A DNA stretch of 13,289 nucleotides from Nanobdellota archaeon. GTDB taxonomy: Archaea > Aenigmatarchaeota > Aenigmatarchaeia > QMZP01. This document shows, in pieces, positions 1 to 8,084 of this stretch. Position 1 is the first letter of the stretch. Each line of letters starts with the position of its first letter. The notes below the pieces were generated by a model that saw nothing but the letters and a program-made list of their open reading frames with translations, was not told the origin of the DNA and made no database searches. The DNA lies in NCBI GenBank assembly GCA_043814765.1, contig JBDRJQ010000001.1, positions 1 to 13,289 of the forward strand. Reading direction: 5' to 3'. A program made the translations under genes and the position numbers.

Positions 1-27
1 CGATAGCTTTATATACCCCTGTTCGAA

Positions 28-35
28 TTTATAAA
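28..35 (+). promoter_or_regulatory. Candidate archaeal TATA box for the CBS-toprim-dnaG cluster
   Basis: TTTATAAA about 30 nt upstream of ATG 66; GTGA SD-like element at 58-61. Confidence 0.5.
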
Positions 36-65
36 CTAGAGTGTTAACAAATATCTAGTGATGTC

Positions 66-953
66 ATGTTGCACTTTAGGCTTGAGGAGTTCATGAACCC
101 CGGAAAGCCTGCAATCTCAATAGCTTCCAAGAACTTTTCAGTTTGCATGGAAACAGCACCAATTAGAACATTAATAAGAATGCTGATTGCAAACAGAAGC
201 AGAAGGGTAGCTGTTGTAGATAACAATGGTGAATTCAAGGGGTTTGTAACGGACTTGGATGTTCTCGGCTATCTTGGCGGGGACGAAAAATACAATAGTT
301 ATGTTACAAACAAAATGAAAGAAACCTACAAAAAAACAACAGAACGAAAAAAATATGGAATTGATTCGTCTGTTAAAAACATAATGAATAGTAATGTTCA
401 CACACTGACTGTTAAGCAAACTGTCAGGCAAGCACTTGATGCATTTAAAAAAACAGGTCAGGATGCATTTCCTATACTCAATAAAAAGAGGAAGGTTTTA
501 GGCATTCTGTCCAACAGAAATCTTGTGGAAGCTGTGTATAAGCAGGCTTCAATGAGAAGTTCAAGAGGATCAAAATTGATGATAAAACATATCATGGTCA
601 AACCCATGATAGTTAAGGAAAAGTTTCCAATAAACGAAGTTGCGAATATGATGTGTTTCGGAAAGTTTCGCAGATTCCCTGTAACGAACAATAAGATATT
701 AACAGGTATGGTAACTGCACATGATCTCCTTTACTTCTTGAGTGTGAACAGAGGCTTTGAACAACTGAAAACAGAAAAAGAAGCCATTAAAAAAATTGCC
801 AACAGAAACGTTGTTTCGATTGGGTTTGAAAAACCTGTTAGAGACGCAATAAAAATAATGCTGGCAAAGAAAATAGGCGCTATTCCGGTTACTGACGGAG
901 AGGAAATTAAAGGAATAGTAACGTTCACAGACGTATTAGATATAATACATTAG
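66..953 (+). CDS. CBS-domain-only protein with four CBS motifs (MJ1225-like adenosyl-nucleotide sensor)
   Basis: Four CBS repeats: RRVAVVD..GFVTDLD, FPIL..GILSNRN, FRRFPV..GMVTAHD, IGAIPV..GIVTFTD. YLGGDEKYN resembles FMGGGSKYN of MJ1225 as recalled. Confidence 0.9.
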   Translation: MLHFRLEEFMNPGKPAISIASKNFSVCMETAPIRTLIRMLIANRSRRVAVVDNNGEFKGFVTDLDVLGYLGGDEKYNSYVTNKMKETYKKTTERKKYGIDSSVKNIMNSNVHTLTVKQTVRQALDAFKKTGQDAFPILNKKRKVLGILSNRNLVEAVYKQASMRSSRGSKLMIKHIMVKPMIVKEKFPINEVANMMCFGKFRRFPVTNNKILTGMVTAHDLLYFLSVNRGFEQLKTEKEAIKKIANRNVVSIGFEKPVRDAIKIMLAKKIGAIPVTDGEEIKGIVTFTDVLDIIH

Positions 954-962
954 GCAATTGCA

Positions 963-1424
963 ATGAAAATTGATGAAAAGTTGCTGGAATTTGCCAAAGA
1001 AACAAATAATAGTATAATCATTGTTGAAGGTAAGAATGACAAGGAAGCCCTCATGGCTATTGGAATTCTTGCCAAAGACGTAGTTGCAATCAACGGCAGA
1101 ACCTTGCTAAAGGTTGTGAACGAGGTTGCAAAGAAAGATAAAGAAGTCGTGATACTCACGGACTTCGATTATAAAGGAAAGATGCTTGCAGCAAAGCTAA
1201 CAAGGCTTTTACAGGCGATTAAAATACATCCAAACCCAAGATTGAGGAAGATGTTTATTGCCTTTGGCAGGCATCAAGTACAAGACATAAAGTATATCAA
1301 AGAGGCGAGCTTCAGAAAGAAACTTGCAAAGGAGGTTGATGATTATGTCAAAATTAGCACCGACTTCAACGAAGTACATAATAAAAGCAAATATAAAAGC
1401 AAAAGGAGTAATAGAGAAACCTGA
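963..1424 (+). CDS. Small stand-alone Toprim domain protein (COG1658, RNase M5/small primase-like)
   Basis: IIIVEGKND and VVILTDFDYKG Toprim motifs (E and DxD); 3' end overlaps dnaG. Confidence 0.85.
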   Translation: MKIDEKLLEFAKETNNSIIIVEGKNDKEALMAIGILAKDVVAINGRTLLKVVNEVAKKDKEVVILTDFDYKGKMLAAKLTRLLQAIKIHPNPRLRKMFIAFGRHQVQDIKYIKEASFRKKLAKEVDDYVKISTDFNEVHNKSKYKSKRSNRET

Positions 1425-2631
1425 CGTAATAGGAGCTGTATTTGGTCAGACAGAAGGTTTGCTTGGTTCAAGCCTTGACCTGAGAGAGCTTCAGAGAACA
1501 GGAAGAATAGGAAGAATTGAGGTTAACATAAAATCCACAGGAGGAAACTCTGAAGGAGAAATATTAATCCCTTCTTCATTAGATGCTTCAGAGACAGCGT
1601 TAATAGCTGCAACACTGGAAACCATCGAAAGGGTGGGTCCTTGTACAGCTGTAATAAAACTTGACGGAGTAGAGGATACGCGTTCTATAAAAAGAAAATA
1701 CGTTGTTGACAAAGCAAAGGATATTCTCAAGGATCTTATAGATTCTGGCATACCTGACGCATCAGAAGTTTCAGAACAAATAAAAGAGGCCATTAGAACA
1801 GAAGAGATAACAAGCTTCAATGGATTACCTTGTGGTCCAAACATGATGGATTCTGAAGAGATAGTCATAGTTGAGGGCAGAGCAGATGTCTTGAACCTTT
1901 TAAAATATGGCATAAGAAACACAGTTGCTCTGGAAGGAACGTCAGTTCCACCTGCAATTATTGAACTAGCAAAAAAGAAAGTCGTTACAGTGTTTGTTGA
2001 TGGTGACAGGGGAGGAGAACTGATTATAAAAGAACTTACACAGTTAACAGAGATTGACTATGTGACATCTGCGCCAACGGGCAAGGAAGTCGAGGAACTT
2101 TCAAAGAAAGAGGTTTACAAAGCTCTAAGAGATAAAGTTTCTCCAGAACAGTTCAAGTTTGAAACAAATGGAATGAACACAGCTAACAACAATTACAAAA
2201 AAGAAACTGCAAATAGAGAAACTACTTATAAAAGACCTGCAAGCTATAGCCAGGACAGTAAGCCTGATACTAGGAGAAGGCCTGATAGAAATTTTGATAA
2301 AAAATATGATAGCAGGCCAAGAACTCCAACAAAAGCCAGACTAACAGAAGGTAACAAGGAATCATTTAAGAAAACGTTAGACGAGCTTGTTGGGTCCAGA
2401 GCTGCATATATATTTGATAATGATGACCAATTACTAGGAAAAGTTCCTGTAACTGAGCTTGAAAACACAATAAAAACAATGGACAATATAAAAGCAGTTG
2501 TTTTTGACGGAAAGATTGACAGGCAGCTTCATAGCACTGCTCAGAGAAAAGGAGTTAAATTCCTTGTTGGAATGGACAAAATGGATGTGGGTTTAACATC
2601 TGTTGTAGTTCTTTCAAGAAAAGATTTATAA
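1345..2631 (+). CDS. dnaG: Archaeal DnaG (primase-like, exosome-associated RNA-binding protein)
   Basis: KPDVIGAVFGQTEGLLG..LDLRELQRTGRIGRI, LETIERVGPC, VEGRAD, DGDRGG. Start moved from ORF-track 1324 to ATG 1345 because GGAGGT lies at 1331-1336. Confidence 0.95.
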   Translation: MSKLAPTSTKYIIKANIKAKGVIEKPDVIGAVFGQTEGLLGSSLDLRELQRTGRIGRIEVNIKSTGGNSEGEILIPSSLDASETALIAATLETIERVGPCTAVIKLDGVEDTRSIKRKYVVDKAKDILKDLIDSGIPDASEVSEQIKEAIRTEEITSFNGLPCGPNMMDSEEIVIVEGRADVLNLLKYGIRNTVALEGTSVPPAIIELAKKKVVTVFVDGDRGGELIIKELTQLTEIDYVTSAPTGKEVEELSKKEVYKALRDKVSPEQFKFETNGMNTANNNYKKETANRETTYKRPASYSQDSKPDTRRRPDRNFDKKYDSRPRTPTKARLTEGNKESFKKTLDELVGSRAAYIFDNDDQLLGKVPVTELENTIKTMDNIKAVVFDGKIDRQLHSTAQRKGVKFLVGMDKMDVGLTSVVVLSRKDL

Positions 2632-2634
2632 TAA

Positions 2635-2676
2635 AAGTTGCGAGTTCGAAAGTTTATCTTTCGAACTTTGCTACTT
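2635..2676. terminator. Inverted repeat between convergent dnaG and rpoN; candidate bidirectional terminator
   Basis: AGTTCGAAAG (2643-2652) pairs perfectly with CTTTCGAACT (2658-2667) around loop TTTAT; imperfect extension to 2635/2676. Confidence 0.5.
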
Positions 2677-2848
2677 CTTTTAGAGTATCAACATGACTTA
2701 AGAACAAAGACCTGCAGCAATATCTTTCTAAACCTAACCTATCTAAGCTCCCTTTTATATTTTTGCCTGCTTTCTTGTCCTTTTGGAATTCTTCCCAGAG
2801 ATGACCAACAGGCTTTCCACAAGTCATGCAGCGAATAGGTATAATCAT
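2654..2848 (-). CDS. rpoN: DNA-directed RNA polymerase subunit N (Rpo10)
   Basis: MIIPIRCMTCGK...LDRLGLERYCCR zinc-binding signature; 64 aa. Confidence 0.97.
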   Translation of the reverse strand: MIIPIRCMTCGKPVGHLWEEFQKDKKAGKNIKGSLDRLGLERYCCRSLFLSHVDTLKEVAKFER

Positions 2849-2870
2849 ACTAACAAATACGAATAGATAG

Positions 2871-2878
2871 TTTATAAA
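2871..2878 (-). promoter_or_regulatory. Candidate TATA box for rpoN (leaderless transcript likely)
   Basis: TTTATAAA 23-30 nt upstream of the rpoN ATG at 2848; no SD. Confidence 0.5.
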
Positions 2879-3001
2879 GTTTTATTCAAAGTCTATAGAA
2901 TAAGAAGCCATACTTTCCATTTTTTATTATTTGAGCATAAAATAGCTTAAATATGTACTATTTTAATAATTATTACAGTTTTATTATTATGGGTGATATC
3001 C

Positions 3002-4570
3002 TTGAAGCACTTAAGTAAAACAACCTCAGTTTGTCCAGAATGCCTTAAGATAATAGCAGCTGAAATATTCGAAAAGGACGGAAAGGTTTGGATAAAGAAG
3101 AAGTGCGAAGAGCATGGTGCATTTGAAGACCTTTACTATGGATCATATGAAATGTATAAAAAAGCTGAGAAATTTGCTAAAGATGGTCGTGGCGTTGAAA
3201 ATCCAGCTATAACTAAAGACAATCCACTCTGCCCCTTTGACTGTGGTTTATGTAAATTACATAAAAGCCATACAGCTCTAGCTAACATAGCTATTACTAA
3301 TAGGTGCGATCTTTCATGCTGGTACTGTTTTTTCTATGCAGGCAAAATGGGTTACATCTACGAACCAACTCTTGATGATATAAAAAAAATGGTAAAGACT
3401 TTGAGAGACGAAAAGCCTGTTCCATGCAATGCTCTTCAGTTAACCGGTGGAGAACCAACACTGAGAGACGATTTAGTTGAGATAATAAAGATAGCCAAGG
3501 ATGCCGATATAGATCATGTTCAGTTGAATACAAACGGAATAAAAATGTCAAAGGATCTTGATTTAGTTAAAAGGGTAAGGGAAGCAGGCGTTAATACAAT
3601 GTATTACAGTTTTGACGGTGTTTCAGCCAAAACTAATCCAAAAAATCACTGGGAAACCCCTGAGTTTTTAAAAAACTGCAGAGAGGCTGGCGTAGGTGTT
3701 GTATTTGTGCCAACTGTTATAAAAGGGTCAAACGACAGCGAGTTGGGTGACATTCTAAGATTCGGTTTCAAGAATATAGATGTTGTTCGAGGGGTTAATT
3801 TTCAGCCAGTTTCATTAGTCGGCATGATGCCACGCAAAGAAAGAGACAAGCACAGAATAACAATACCAGACACGATTCAGAAAATAGAAGAACAGACGGA
3901 TGGTGAGATATCAAAAGATGATTTTTATCCAATACCAATAATATCAGCATTTACAAGGTTTGTTGAGGCTATAACAAACAAACCCCGCTATAATCTAACA
4001 TCTCATTTTGCATGCGGTATGGCCACATATGTATTCAATGATAATGGTAAAATGCTGCCAATAACCAGATTCGTTGATGTTGAGGGCTTGATGGAATACC
4101 TCAATGAAAGAGCTGATGAATTAGAAGGTGGCATGAGCAAATACGTTACAGGAGCCAAACTACTCTTTAAGCTTAAGGGATTTGTTGATGCTAAAAAATC
4201 ACCAGATGGCATGAGCTTCCCAAAAATAATATACAATGCTCTGATAAAGCATGATTACCGATCATTAGGTGAAATGCACTATAAATCGCTATTTGTTGGC
4301 ATGATGCATTTCATGGATTTGTACAATTATGACATAGAGCGTGTTAAGCGCTGTTGCATACACTATGCAATGCCTGACGGAAAGATAGTGCCTTTTTGCA
4401 CATTCAATGTTATGCCTGAAATGTATAGAGACAAAGCACAGAAAGAACACAGCATGACAATTGAAGAATGGGAAAAGAAAGTTGGCAAAAGCATGAAAAC
4501 AGACATGTATAAAAGAGATGCAAAGTTTCTAGAAAACACAGACCTTTACAAAAAAACTTATTCTAAATAG
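3002..4570 (+). CDS. tes: Radical SAM tetraether lipid synthase (Tes / GDGT-macrocyclic archaeol synthase, MJ0619 family)
   Basis: N-terminal CPEC..CEEH metal site, CPFDCGLC auxiliary cluster motif, TNRCDLSCWYC radical SAM motif, GGEPT, VRGVNFQPVS, RITIPD, HFACG, MHFMDLYNYDIERVKRCCIHYA, PFC. Start probably TTG 3002 after GGTGA (2992-2996); the ORF track gives GTG 2993. Confidence 0.88.
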   Translation: MKHLSKTTSVCPECLKIIAAEIFEKDGKVWIKKKCEEHGAFEDLYYGSYEMYKKAEKFAKDGRGVENPAITKDNPLCPFDCGLCKLHKSHTALANIAITNRCDLSCWYCFFYAGKMGYIYEPTLDDIKKMVKTLRDEKPVPCNALQLTGGEPTLRDDLVEIIKIAKDADIDHVQLNTNGIKMSKDLDLVKRVREAGVNTMYYSFDGVSAKTNPKNHWETPEFLKNCREAGVGVVFVPTVIKGSNDSELGDILRFGFKNIDVVRGVNFQPVSLVGMMPRKERDKHRITIPDTIQKIEEQTDGEISKDDFYPIPIISAFTRFVEAITNKPRYNLTSHFACGMATYVFNDNGKMLPITRFVDVEGLMEYLNERADELEGGMSKYVTGAKLLFKLKGFVDAKKSPDGMSFPKIIYNALIKHDYRSLGEMHYKSLFVGMMHFMDLYNYDIERVKRCCIHYAMPDGKIVPFCTFNVMPEMYRDKAQKEHSMTIEEWEKKVGKSMKTDMYKRDAKFLENTDLYKKTYSK

Positions 4571-4614
4571 AGCATTTACAAATAATATAAGCAACCTTAG
4601 ATAATTATTACTAT

Positions 4615-6048
4615 ATGGCATCACCCTTTGATTTGACACTAACAGTCACATATTTTGGCATACTGCTAGGTGTTGGGATATTGATAGCAAACGTTCTTAA
4701 AAAAAGGAAAATACCAGACACCTTTTTCCTGCTTCTTTTGGGTCTGGTTCTAGGTCCAACAATTGCTTTAAACCCAATTGTAATGCAGTATATAGACTTA
4801 GGAAGCGGTATAGTCAACGTATCCGCAATGGGCGAAATACCTGATTTCTTGCGCATACTGGCTCTGATACTCATAGTTTTTAGCGGAACCTTTAAACTGA
4901 GCTTCAGCCTTTTCAAAAGGGTTTCTGGAGTTTCTATAAACCTTGCTATTGTGGGTGTATTGTTTTCCACAGTTGTGTTAGGATTTTCAGCTTATCTGAT
5001 ATTCCAGATAGATTTTGTTATAGCTCTTCTTTTAGGAGCTGTTATATCAGGAACAGGCAGCAGTGTAATATTTGCTTTCGAGGATGTTTTACCGAAGTCT
5101 AAAAAAGCATTATCTGTACTCAAGATAGAATCTGTATTCAACTCGCCACTAACAGTTTTGCTGCCATTCATTTTTCTTGATGTTGTTGCACTAGAACCAG
5201 GCGCTTTATTTACACCACTAGTTTACATATCACAGTTCTGGGAGATGATAGCTGCTGGTGCGGGCACCGGCCTTTTAGTTGGTGTTTTCATTGCAATTTT
5301 CCTTAAGCGCATGGAAAGGGGATATGGAGCATTGTTGTTGTTTGCCGTAGCGATTATAACTTACGCGCTCTCTGAAAATATAGGCGGTTCTGGCATATTG
5401 GCTGTGGCTGTTTGTGGTCTTGTTGCAGGAAAGATGTTGGTAAAACACAAGAATGAAGTAGGAGAATTTGATGATCAGATTTCGGAAATGTTAAGAATAG
5501 CTGTATTCACAATGTTTGGTGCGCAGGTAACATTATGGATGCCTATGAAAGAATTGGCAATGATACTGTTGTTCTTCTTAATAACTGTCATGATAAGACC
5601 GATTTTCGTAATGTCGGTTCTTGGCAAATTAAGAAAAGAGCTAACTAGGTCTGATTTAATCTTGATGAATTTTGTCGCACCAAAGGGAATAGCAGCAGCT
5701 GCGATGGCACCGATAGTCGTGGCCTCTATTATTAGCTTGGCAAACCTTACAGTGCTTGCGGATAGGCTCGTTAACATAATATTTGTAATTATAATGCTGT
5801 CCATACTTCTGAGCACAATCATTGCTAAAATTATTAGCTATAATCAACTCAAAGGAAGCTCTTGCAACAGTAAAAAAGCAGAAAGGGTAATTGAAAAGAA
5901 AGTGAAAAAAACCAAGAATCCTGAAAAGAAAAAAGAGCTTCTCATGGATGCATCTGAAAAGAAAACAGAGAAACAGAAGAAAGAAAGCACGCAGGCACTC
6001 TTAGATAAACTTGAAGAAAAGGAAGAATTTAAAGGCAAAAGAAAATAA
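4615..6048 (+). CDS. Cation:proton antiporter family (CPA1/NhaP-like) membrane protein with degenerate ion-binding motifs
   Basis: About 12-13 hydrophobic segments; LLGAVISGT, IESVFNSPL, GGSGILAVAVCG, IRP, APKG equivalent to NhaP motifs; charged K/E-rich C-terminal tail. Confidence 0.85.
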   Translation: MASPFDLTLTVTYFGILLGVGILIANVLKKRKIPDTFFLLLLGLVLGPTIALNPIVMQYIDLGSGIVNVSAMGEIPDFLRILALILIVFSGTFKLSFSLFKRVSGVSINLAIVGVLFSTVVLGFSAYLIFQIDFVIALLLGAVISGTGSSVIFAFEDVLPKSKKALSVLKIESVFNSPLTVLLPFIFLDVVALEPGALFTPLVYISQFWEMIAAGAGTGLLVGVFIAIFLKRMERGYGALLLFAVAIITYALSENIGGSGILAVAVCGLVAGKMLVKHKNEVGEFDDQISEMLRIAVFTMFGAQVTLWMPMKELAMILLFFLITVMIRPIFVMSVLGKLRKELTRSDLILMNFVAPKGIAAAAMAPIVVASIISLANLTVLADRLVNIIFVIIMLSILLSTIIAKIISYNQLKGSSCNSKKAERVIEKKVKKTKNPEKKKELLMDASEKKTEKQKKESTQALLDKLEEKEEFKGKRK

Positions 6049-6051
6049 AAA

Positions 6052-6642
6052 CTATCTTTTATTCCAGCGACCTGTTAGAACATTGTAAACAGCATTAACA
6101 TATACACTTTTACTTCTTCCGTCTATGTTAGGATCAAGAAAAGCTTGAGTGTTTTCAGGCTGTTCTCTGTTAGATGGCCTGTATTCACTAAAAAAGGATT
6201 CTATGAAAGCATCTTTTATGTAAGTATCCAATGCTTCAAGTCTTTTTATTTGATCACCTGGATTACTGGAAAATCTTTTTTTACATTTATTAGCCATTCT
6301 TGCTATATGAGAATAACCCTCTCTATCAACACTTCTTACCAGACCAGAGAATTCTGTTGGCAAAGAAGATGATATATGTCCGTTATATCTTTTTAGAAAT
6401 CCAGACCCGACGTATTTTGATATAATTTCATCAGGATTCATTAGGTCTGCCATATCACTTGGTATCTCAATATTGAAAAGGCCATAAAAAAGGTTTTCCA
6501 GAGCATCATAATTTAAGCTATATAAGTCAGGTGTTTTTCTTATCCCCCAAAGATTTGGAACCACTATGTCCATTGAAGGAGATTCTTCTATCCCTTCATT
6601 TCCACTACCTTCAAACAAATCCAGCTGGTCTTTGTTGCTCAT
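6052..6642 (-). CDS. Hypothetical protein (196 aa, no family recognised)
   Basis: Long ORF exactly filling the gap between flanking genes; TTTAAATA TATA-like box on the minus strand at 6668-6661. Confidence 0.7.
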   Translation of the reverse strand: MSNKDQLDLFEGSGNEGIEESPSMDIVVPNLWGIRKTPDLYSLNYDALENLFYGLFNIEIPSDMADLMNPDEIISKYVGSGFLKRYNGHISSSLPTEFSGLVRSVDREGYSHIARMANKCKKRFSSNPGDQIKRLEALDTYIKDAFIESFFSEYRPSNREQPENTQAFLDPNIDGRSKSVYVNAVYNVLTGRWNKR

Positions 6643-6740
6643 ACAAATAGATATGTTTAGTATTTAAATGTTTTCACTACTATAAGGTTAAAATAAGATA
6701 TTTACTGTTTATTTATCTTATTCTAAGCAAATAATAAAGC

Positions 6741-7592
6741 ATGATTATTTTTGCTTGGTTGCTTATTGGTATAGGTGTTGCAGGATTCGGACTGGCTGCC
6801 TACTTGGATCTCAAAACAACAGAGTTTCCAGAATGGCTGCCTTATGGCATGATAATACTGTCTTTAATTATTCATGGAATTGCTGCGTTCATATTAACTG
6901 ACGTCTGGATATTTTTATCATCGCTTCTAATTGGTTCAGCCTTTCTGGGATTGGGGCTTCTTTTATATCTCACCAAGCAATGGGGAGATGGAGATTCCTG
7001 GTTACTAGGCGTTATGGGATTCATGTTTCCAGTAGGAGAGTGGTTCTATACAGCCAGTACGCAAATCATATTTCCATTTCATTTAATGCTTCTGATGAAT
7101 TTCTTTTTAATATCGTTTGGTTATCTGATAGTATACTCGCTGGTTATGGGTTTAAGATCGCCTAAACAAACAAGAATATTTTTAAGAGAACTTAAAGGGC
7201 AGACTAAAATTCTGCTATTGTTCTTTGTGGCTTCTGCCACAATATCAATAGCATTTTCTTACTACGCGTTCTCTTTTTTTGCTGTGCCTTTAGCAAGAAT
7301 GATACCGATATTATCAATGCCGTTATTTGTTGTTTTCCTGATAGCCTTTTTTAGATACGGCCGCTTTGTAGAAAAAAACCTTTTCAAAAAAAGAATCAAT
7401 GTAAAGGATTTAAGAGTTGGTGATGTTTTAACCAAAGCCCGCTGGAAAGGCCTTACAGAAAAAGAAGTAAAACAAATCAAGACGCGCGGAGGAACAGTGG
7501 TGGTAAAGGACGGTGTTCGGTTTGCACCTGTTTTTCTGATAACACTGATTGTTACATTGTTGTTTGGAAACGTTATGCTGCTGTTTATTTGA
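6741..7592 (+). CDS. Archaeal prepilin/prearchaellin peptidase, family A24 (GxGD aspartic protease)
   Basis: Two catalytic Asp motifs, AYLDLK and WGDGD; multiple TM helices; C-terminal DLRVGDVL..WKGLT..DGVRFAP segment. Confidence 0.9.
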   Translation: MIIFAWLLIGIGVAGFGLAAYLDLKTTEFPEWLPYGMIILSLIIHGIAAFILTDVWIFLSSLLIGSAFLGLGLLLYLTKQWGDGDSWLLGVMGFMFPVGEWFYTASTQIIFPFHLMLLMNFFLISFGYLIVYSLVMGLRSPKQTRIFLRELKGQTKILLLFFVASATISIAFSYYAFSFFAVPLARMIPILSMPLFVVFLIAFFRYGRFVEKNLFKKRINVKDLRVGDVLTKARWKGLTEKEVKQIKTRGGTVVVKDGVRFAPVFLITLIVTLLFGNVMLLFI

Positions 7593-7594
7593 TA

Positions 7595-7634
7595 AAAAAA
7601 ATAAAATAAAAAAGGCCAATATTTTTTAGGCCTT
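7595..7634 (-). terminator. Candidate terminator for the MC1 gene
   Basis: AAGGCC (7612-7617)/GGCCTT (7629-7634) stem followed on the minus strand by TTTTTTATTTTATTTTTTT. Confidence 0.55.
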
Positions 7635-7935
7635 ATAATCTTGTAATTCTTTCTACACCAACTTTCTTTACAATTGGCTTCCAAACTTTTGCCGGTAGCC
7701 AACTTACGTTGCTTGAAGCAGGAACTGAAACTTTTTGCCTTGAACCCTTGAACATATGCATTGTGTATGTTCCGTCCTTGTTTCTTCGTCCTCTTTCCCT
7801 TAGCTTGATGTCAGAGAAGCCTCTTGTTGCTGCTTTAAGTGCTGCTTGTCGTGGCTGCCTTCCTGTAAAAATAGAACGCTTCTTTCCTGACTTCATGATG
7901 TAGTATTTCCTTGTCCTTGTTTTTTTTATTGCCAT
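7633..7935 (-). CDS. mc1: Non-histone chromosomal protein MC1
   Basis: FTGRQPRQAALKAATRG..IKLRERG..HMFKG..WLP..KPIVKK matches the MC1 signature. Start set at ATG 7935 with GGGTGA SD at 7945-7940; TATA-like TTATAAA near 7996-7990. Confidence 0.92.
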   Translation of the reverse strand: MAIKKTRTRKYYIMKSGKKRSIFTGRQPRQAALKAATRGFSDIKLRERGRRNKDGTYTMHMFKGSRQKVSVPASSNVSWLPAKVWKPIVKKVGVERITRL

Positions 7936-8084
7936 AAATTCACCCGTAAAAGCACTTGCCTTTTTGGTAATAAAATTATAACAAAAGAATTTATAAGCGT
8001 TTGCCCAGAGTTTCTGTTTCAAGAAAAAAGACTTGGCTTATTGTCGATTTGTTTATCGGTAGGAAGCGAGGAAATCAATAGCAA

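Noticed and set aside
1324..1344. TTG start for dnaG
   Set aside because: SD at 1331-1336 lies downstream of it and fits ATG 1345 (or 1339)
3002..4570. Annotation as 7,8-dihydro-6-hydroxymethylpterin dimethyltransferase or MoaA
   Set aside because: Legacy annotation of the MJ0619 family, since reassigned as tetraether synthase; the extra N-terminal metal sites do not fit MoaA
7936..8022. N-terminal extension of the MC1 ORF in the track
   Set aside because: Covers the likely promoter and SD; MC1 similarity begins after ATG 7935
8039..8081. Weak hairpin with GGAA between thrS and MC1 as an ncRNA (SRP-like)
   Set aside because: Pairing is poor and the region is too short; no SRP helix 8 consensus
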